A stretch of 64,000 nucleotides of DNA. It comes from an uncultured virus (IMG/VR IMGVR_UViG_3300023210_000030) (lineage: Duplodnaviria; Heunggongvirae; Uroviricota; Caudoviricetes; Crassvirales). The translations under genes and the position numbers were made by a program. The notes below the pieces were generated by a model. The model had not been told where the DNA came from, searched no databases, and saw nothing but the letters and a program-made list of their open reading frames with translations. Numbering within the stretch: the stretch's first letter is position 1; each line of letters starts with the position of its first letter. Shown piece after piece: positions 60,465 to 64,000 of the stretch. The stretch lies in IMG/VR virus record IMGVR_UViG_3300023210_000030. One strand, given 5' to 3'.

Positions 60465-60659
60465 CTATCTTAAATGATCGTGTCTAACTACTTTTGCTGT
60501 ATGTCTATATGACATAGATTTGTCAGCTCCGTAAGAATGACCATATTCTTTTTTAGACATTGATTTAGATTCATCTCTTCTATCTTTCATAGATTGAGAT
60601 TTTTTTCCGTTTCTTGATCCTAATGACTCATCAAGTCTGTCGTTATATCCTTGTTTCAT
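60465..60659 (-). CDS. small basic hypothetical protein
   Basis: QGYNDRLDESLG...QSMKDRRDESK. Confidence 0.75.
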   Translation of the reverse strand: MKQGYNDRLDESLGSRNGKKSQSMKDRRDESKSMSKKEYGHSYGADKSMSYRHTAKVVRHDHLR

Positions 60660-60678
60660 AATAATTTTTTTTTCTTAA

Positions 60679-60729
60679 TTAATACCCTTTAGTTTTAACA
60701 GGCTTTTTTTTAATTTTTTTCTTTTTCAT
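60679..60729 (-). CDS. possible Lys-rich micropeptide
   Basis: MKKKKIKKKPVKTKGY directly downstream of TATATTTG at 60744-60751 (-). Confidence 0.45.
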   Translation of the reverse strand: MKKKKIKKKPVKTKGY

Positions 60730-60763
60730 TAATTAATTTTTTACAAATATAATAATTAATTTT

Positions 60764-61063
60764 TTAACATCTCCAGCGTCTTAAAGACATAGCCTTTCTT
60801 GTTGGCCTTCCTTTCTTATCCTTTAATGGACCTTTCATTCCACTCATTCTTGCACAAAAAGATTTTCTACGAGCTGCATCTTTACTTCCTTTTTTTACTT
60901 TACCAGTTACAGCAGTTTGTAATTTACTTCCTGGATTAGCCTTTCTATAAGCTGCTACTCCTTTTTTAGTCATTCCAGCCCCAGACTTAGTAGTCCTATA
61001 GTTTCCTCCTTTGCTTGTTGTTTTACTTATTTGTTTTTTTTTCGTTCTCCCTTTAGTAGCCAT
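60764..61063 (-). CDS. small basic protein, DUF6321-like
   Basis: GMTKKGVAAYRKANPGSKL...RRKSFCARMSG...LRRWRC. Confidence 0.8.
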   Translation of the reverse strand: MATKGRTKKKQISKTTSKGGNYRTTKSGAGMTKKGVAAYRKANPGSKLQTAVTGKVKKGSKDAARRKSFCARMSGMKGPLKDKKGRPTRKAMSLRRWRC

Positions 61064-61215
61064 TATTTATTTTTTGGTAAGGATTTTATTTTTCCATTTT
61101 CTGTTCGTGCATACCTGTGTGTAGCAGTTTCTTTACTTGCTATAAGTGTACCACAATACTTACCACCTCCATATTGCCAACATACTTTTTTACCTGTCCT
61201 ACCTTTTTTAGCCAT
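61063..61215 (-). CDS. small basic protein (50 aa, not in ORF track)
   Basis: MAKKGRTGKKVCWQYGGGKYCGTLIASKETATHRYARTENGKIKSLPKNK; TATCTTTG element at 61235-61242 (-). Confidence 0.75.
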   Translation of the reverse strand: MAKKGRTGKKVCWQYGGGKYCGTLIASKETATHRYARTENGKIKSLPKNK

Positions 61216-61243
61216 TATTTATTTTTTATTTAGACAAAGATAA

Positions 61244-61678
61244 TTATAATTTTATATTCTTTTTAAACCATTTAAATGCTTTACTAACTAAAGTGTTTTG
61301 TTTTTTCTTTTCTATTGCTCTACAATTTATACAAAGAGAATCACTAACAGTAAATCTAACTGTATCTACAATTTGTTTAACAACAATTTTATAATCAAAA
61401 ACTAAACTGTCTTCGCTTATTAATTTTAAATTATTTAATTCATATATACTTTCATTAAATTTTTTTTCAATTTTTTTTATATCTCTTTTTTTTCTCCAAA
61501 GATCTTGCTCAAGTAAAATTTTTTGTTTTTTTTGTTTATTTACTTTTTCTATTGTTCCTTCAGCTGCTAAAAACAAACTATCTAAATTGGGCTGTATAAA
61601 ATCTTTTTTTATTTCAGGCGGTTCTGTTTCTAAGCATGAAGAAAATATTACTAATAATATAAAACATTTATTCTTCAT
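61244..61678 (-). CDS. lipoprotein, putative o-spanin
   Basis: Signal peptide with lipobox FSS-C, coiled coil; overlaps the upstream TM gene. Confidence 0.55.
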   Translation of the reverse strand: MKNKCFILLVIFSSCLETEPPEIKKDFIQPNLDSLFLAAEGTIEKVNKQKKQKILLEQDLWRKKRDIKKIEKKFNESIYELNNLKLISEDSLVFDYKIVVKQIVDTVRFTVSDSLCINCRAIEKKKQNTLVSKAFKWFKKNIKL

Positions 61679-61886
61679 TTATTCCTTGTAGTGTTTCAAT
61701 AAATTTATCATTTAATTTTTTATAATCACTTCGTAAAGTAATTACTTCTTCTTGCAAAGCTTCAATTTGATTAGTAAGAGTAGTTTTATTATCAATATAT
61801 AAATAACCAATAGCAATTAAACAAAAAAATAAAAGACCTGTCACTGGGTTTGCGGCAAAATCTTTAAAATCTATAGGTGATTTCAT
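61668..61886 (-). CDS. membrane-anchored coiled-coil protein, putative i-spanin
   Basis: N-terminal TM plus heptad coil; TATCTTTG element at 61917-61924 (-). Confidence 0.55.
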   Translation of the reverse strand: MKSPIDFKDFAANPVTGLLFFCLIAIGYLYIDNKTTLTNQIEALQEEVITLRSDYKKLNDKFIETLQGINEE

Positions 61887-61937
61887 ATTATTACTATTTC
61901 CATTTTTGTATTTTTACAAAGATATAAATTAAATTAA

Positions 61938-62378
61938 ATGCTTAAGTATAAACACAACTACCTTAAATATTGGAGGATTATACGCTATTGGGTTAAAGCT
62001 AAGTACAATCTTACAACTCCTGACATTGAAATGATTTTATTTTTATATAGCGAAGAGTATTTTAATAAAACAAAGTTTAAAGAGTTTGAGGAATTAATGT
62101 CTTGGGATACAAAAAGATTTGAAAGGTTATTAAAAGAAGGTTGGATTAGTGTTTGGAGAAAAGGTTTTGGTAAACATACAACGCTTTACGAGCTTTCCTA
62201 TAAAGGAAAGCGAGTCGCTAATACAATTTATCGTAAATTAAATGGTGAAGAAATAGCAGAGTCACCTTCAATTAATCCTTTATTTAGAACGGATGCAAGC
62301 TATATGGATAAAGTTTATCGTAATTCCATAAAAGAACTTAACGAGTTTATACAACAACAACGATATCTCTCTCAGTAA
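61938..62378 (+). CDS. winged-helix (MarR-like) DNA-binding protein
   Basis: YNLTTPDIEMILFL...RLLKEGWI...YELSYKGK; the only convincing + strand gene in the late arm. Confidence 0.7.
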   Translation: MLKYKHNYLKYWRIIRYWVKAKYNLTTPDIEMILFLYSEEYFNKTKFKEFEELMSWDTKRFERLLKEGWISVWRKGFGKHTTLYELSYKGKRVANTIYRKLNGEEIAESPSINPLFRTDASYMDKVYRNSIKELNEFIQQQRYLSQ

Positions 62379-62604
62379 TAATAGTAAAAGTATCGTCATG
62401 TATAAGCATACTAAAGCCAGCAGACTTATCATAATAAATAATTTGACCTTCTTCAATCTCTGAGACATCAGTACCTGATTTTATTACCTTACCTTTTTTA
62501 TACCTAAATTCATCTGCGTCTTCTGCAGTAAGAATTAATCCTGATTTAGTTTTTAATTCTTCTTGTATTGGTTTTATTATAACATATTTACCTATTGGTT
62601 TCAT
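62347..62604 (-). CDS. groES: co-chaperonin GroES
   Basis: MKPIGKYVIIKP..EELKTKSGLIL...GKVIKSG...I.ERDI. Confidence 0.9.
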   Translation of the reverse strand: MKPIGKYVIIKPIQEELKTKSGLILTAEDADEFRYKKGKVIKSGTDVSEIEEGQIIYYDKSAGFSMLIHDDTFTIITERDIVVVV

Positions 62605-62606
62605 AT

Positions 62607-62738
62607 TTAACTTTTAAAGATAGCATAAATTTTTATACCGTTCTTGTTATTAATTAATCTACGTTCTACTATTTCTTTTGAAACGACAACCGCAGGTTGG
62701 AGTTTCGGATTTTTTGAGTTAAGCTTTCTTTTCTTCAT
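62607..62738 (-). CDS. small basic protein (43 aa, not in ORF track)
   Basis: MKKRKLNSKNPKLQPAVVVSKEIVERRLINNKNGIKIYAIFKS, between groEL and groES. Confidence 0.6.
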   Translation of the reverse strand: MKKRKLNSKNPKLQPAVVVSKEIVERRLINNKNGIKIYAIFKS

Positions 62739-62804
62739 ATTCTTTTATATTATCCCAAAGCTTGTTCTTTGACATTATTCCTAACAATTTTAGTAAAAAC
62801 TCTA

Positions 62805-64000
62805 TCATGCCCTCATGTTTGTTACTATAGCGTTTGTGCTAAGTATAGTTGTTGCTACACTTATTGCATTAGTCAATGCGTTCTTAGTAACCTTAAGAGG
62901 ATCAATAACACCTAACTTATACATATCTCCATACTTGTTATTCTTAACATCGTACCCATAATTATATTTTTTGTCATATAATTGTTCTATAACTTTATCT
63001 CTATCCTTTCCTGCATTGTCTAATATTTGAATAAGAGGTGAGCGTAATGCAGACTCTAAAATTAAGACTGCATCTTTCTCATCTTGATTTTTAGTTTTAG
63101 CTGCTAACATCATTGATTCTCTAAACAGAGCTATTCCTCCGCCTGCTAATATACCTTCTTCAAGTGCTGATCGTACAGCACACACAGAATCGTCTACCCT
63201 GTCATACTTTTCTTTTTGTTCCATCTCTGAGTTACCTCCCACATATATACACCCAATAGATCCTGCTAAACTTGCTATACGTTCTTTTATAAATTCATTA
63301 GATGCTTTGTCTTTTGTGTTTTTCTTTTGGATTTTTAATTCTGCAATTCTATCGTTTAACTCTGGTGTGCTGTTATCTTTTTTAAATATTACAGATGAAT
63401 GCTCACCTACTATAACTTTATCAGCAACTCCTAAGTCAGAAGTTTGAATTAAACTTAAATCATCTCCTGTTTTTTCAGAAAAGTATGTAGCACCTACTGA
63501 CATAGCTATATCTTGCATAAGCTCATGTTGTTTGTATCCAAACTGTGGTGGCTGAATATTACAGAACTTAAGACCACTACGAACTACATTAGCTGAAAGA
63601 GTATTTACAACGTTAGGAGAGCATGGTGCAATGATTAACAGTTTATCTCCGTTGTTAATTACAGGTTTTAATACATTTTCTATTTGTAAGATGCTACTTA
63701 TTTCTGCATCACAAACTAATATTTTAACATCTTCAAGAATACACTCGTCCTTTTTTTGATTATTAATAAATAAATGAGACGAATAACCTCTTGCAATTTT
63801 TATTCCATTTGTCACATCAGCATATGTTTCAGCGGTCATAGACTTCTCTACAGTTACCATACCGTTAATTCCTACTTGTGTGTAAGCATCTTTAATTATT
63901 TTACCTATAGTCTTATCGTTATTCGCAGAGATAGATGCAACATCTAATAACCTTTCTTCTGTAACTTCTTTAGAAACATTTTGCAAACAACTTATAATAT
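62805..64000 (-). CDS. groEL: chaperonin GroEL (5' part outside the window)
   Basis: VASISANND, VTVEKS, RGYSS..FIN, ERIASL, EKYDRVDD..AVRSALEEGILAGGG, GVIDPLKVTKNAL; frame stays open to the window edge. Confidence 0.95.
   Translation of the reverse strand, partial: IISCLQNVSKEVTEERLLDVASISANNDKTIGKIIKDAYTQVGINGMVTVEKSMTAETYADVTNGIKIARGYSSHLFINNQKKDECILEDVKILVCDAEISSILQIENVLKPVINNGDKLLIIAPCSPNVVNTLSANVVRSGLKFCNIQPPQFGYKQHELMQDIAMSVGATYFSEKTGDDLSLIQTSDLGVADKVIVGEHSSVIFKKDNSTPELNDRIAELKIQKKNTKDKASNEFIKERIASLAGSIGCIYVGGNSEMEQKEKYDRVDDSVCAVRSALEEGILAGGGIALFRESMMLAAKTKNQDEKDAVLILESALRSPLIQILDNAGKDRDKVIEQLYDKKYNYGYDVKNNKYGDMYKLGVIDPLKVTKNALTNAISVATTILSTNAIVTNMRA

Noticed and set aside
60660..61620. 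Poly-A/T runs as phase-variation or frameshift sites
   Set aside because: Explained by Lys codons in AT-rich DNA; the reading frames are intact
62805..64000. Host chromosomal groESL marking a prophage boundary
   Set aside because: Gene order is groEL, small ORF, groES; the GroEL is divergent and lacks the GGM tail; composition and strand match the phage late arm; no integrase or att site seen

Overview
AT-rich 64-kb segment of a tailed dsDNA bacteriophage. The host is almost certainly Bacteroidota (probably Flavobacteriia), because about a dozen gene starts are preceded by the Bacteroidota sigma70 -7 element TAnnTTTG and leaders are A-rich without Shine-Dalgarno sequences. There are two convergent arms. 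The + strand early/replication arm (1-13.2 kb) has small hypothetical genes, two compact C5-cytosine methyltransferases, ERF and RecE-like recombination genes, an SSB-like protein, a primase-helicase, an SF2 helicase and a VRR-NUC nuclease. The - strand late arm (64-13.2 kb) has GroEL/GroES, spanin-like and holin/amidase lysis genes, small basic proteins, an outer-membrane beta-barrel, three large fibres, a second GroES-like protein, terminase, portal, scaffold, major capsid, decoration/ring/nozzle proteins and putative ejected proteins. No tape measure or sheath is visible, so a podovirus-type virion (Cellulophaga phi38:1-like or crAss-related architecture) is inferred. Main observations: (1) the two largest internal-virion ORFs form one 2531-codon frame with a single in-frame TGA inside an ADP-ribosyltransferase-like domain; (2) a cluster of structured non-coding elements at 3.95-4.67 kb, including three back-to-back multibranch stem-loops; (3) a strand-polarised GGACTTACG/GAGCTC signal concentrated in the early arm; (4) three small protein modules reused across unrelated virion proteins; (5) a chaperonin with two different co-chaperonins. 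All calls come from reading motifs by eye; no searches were run.
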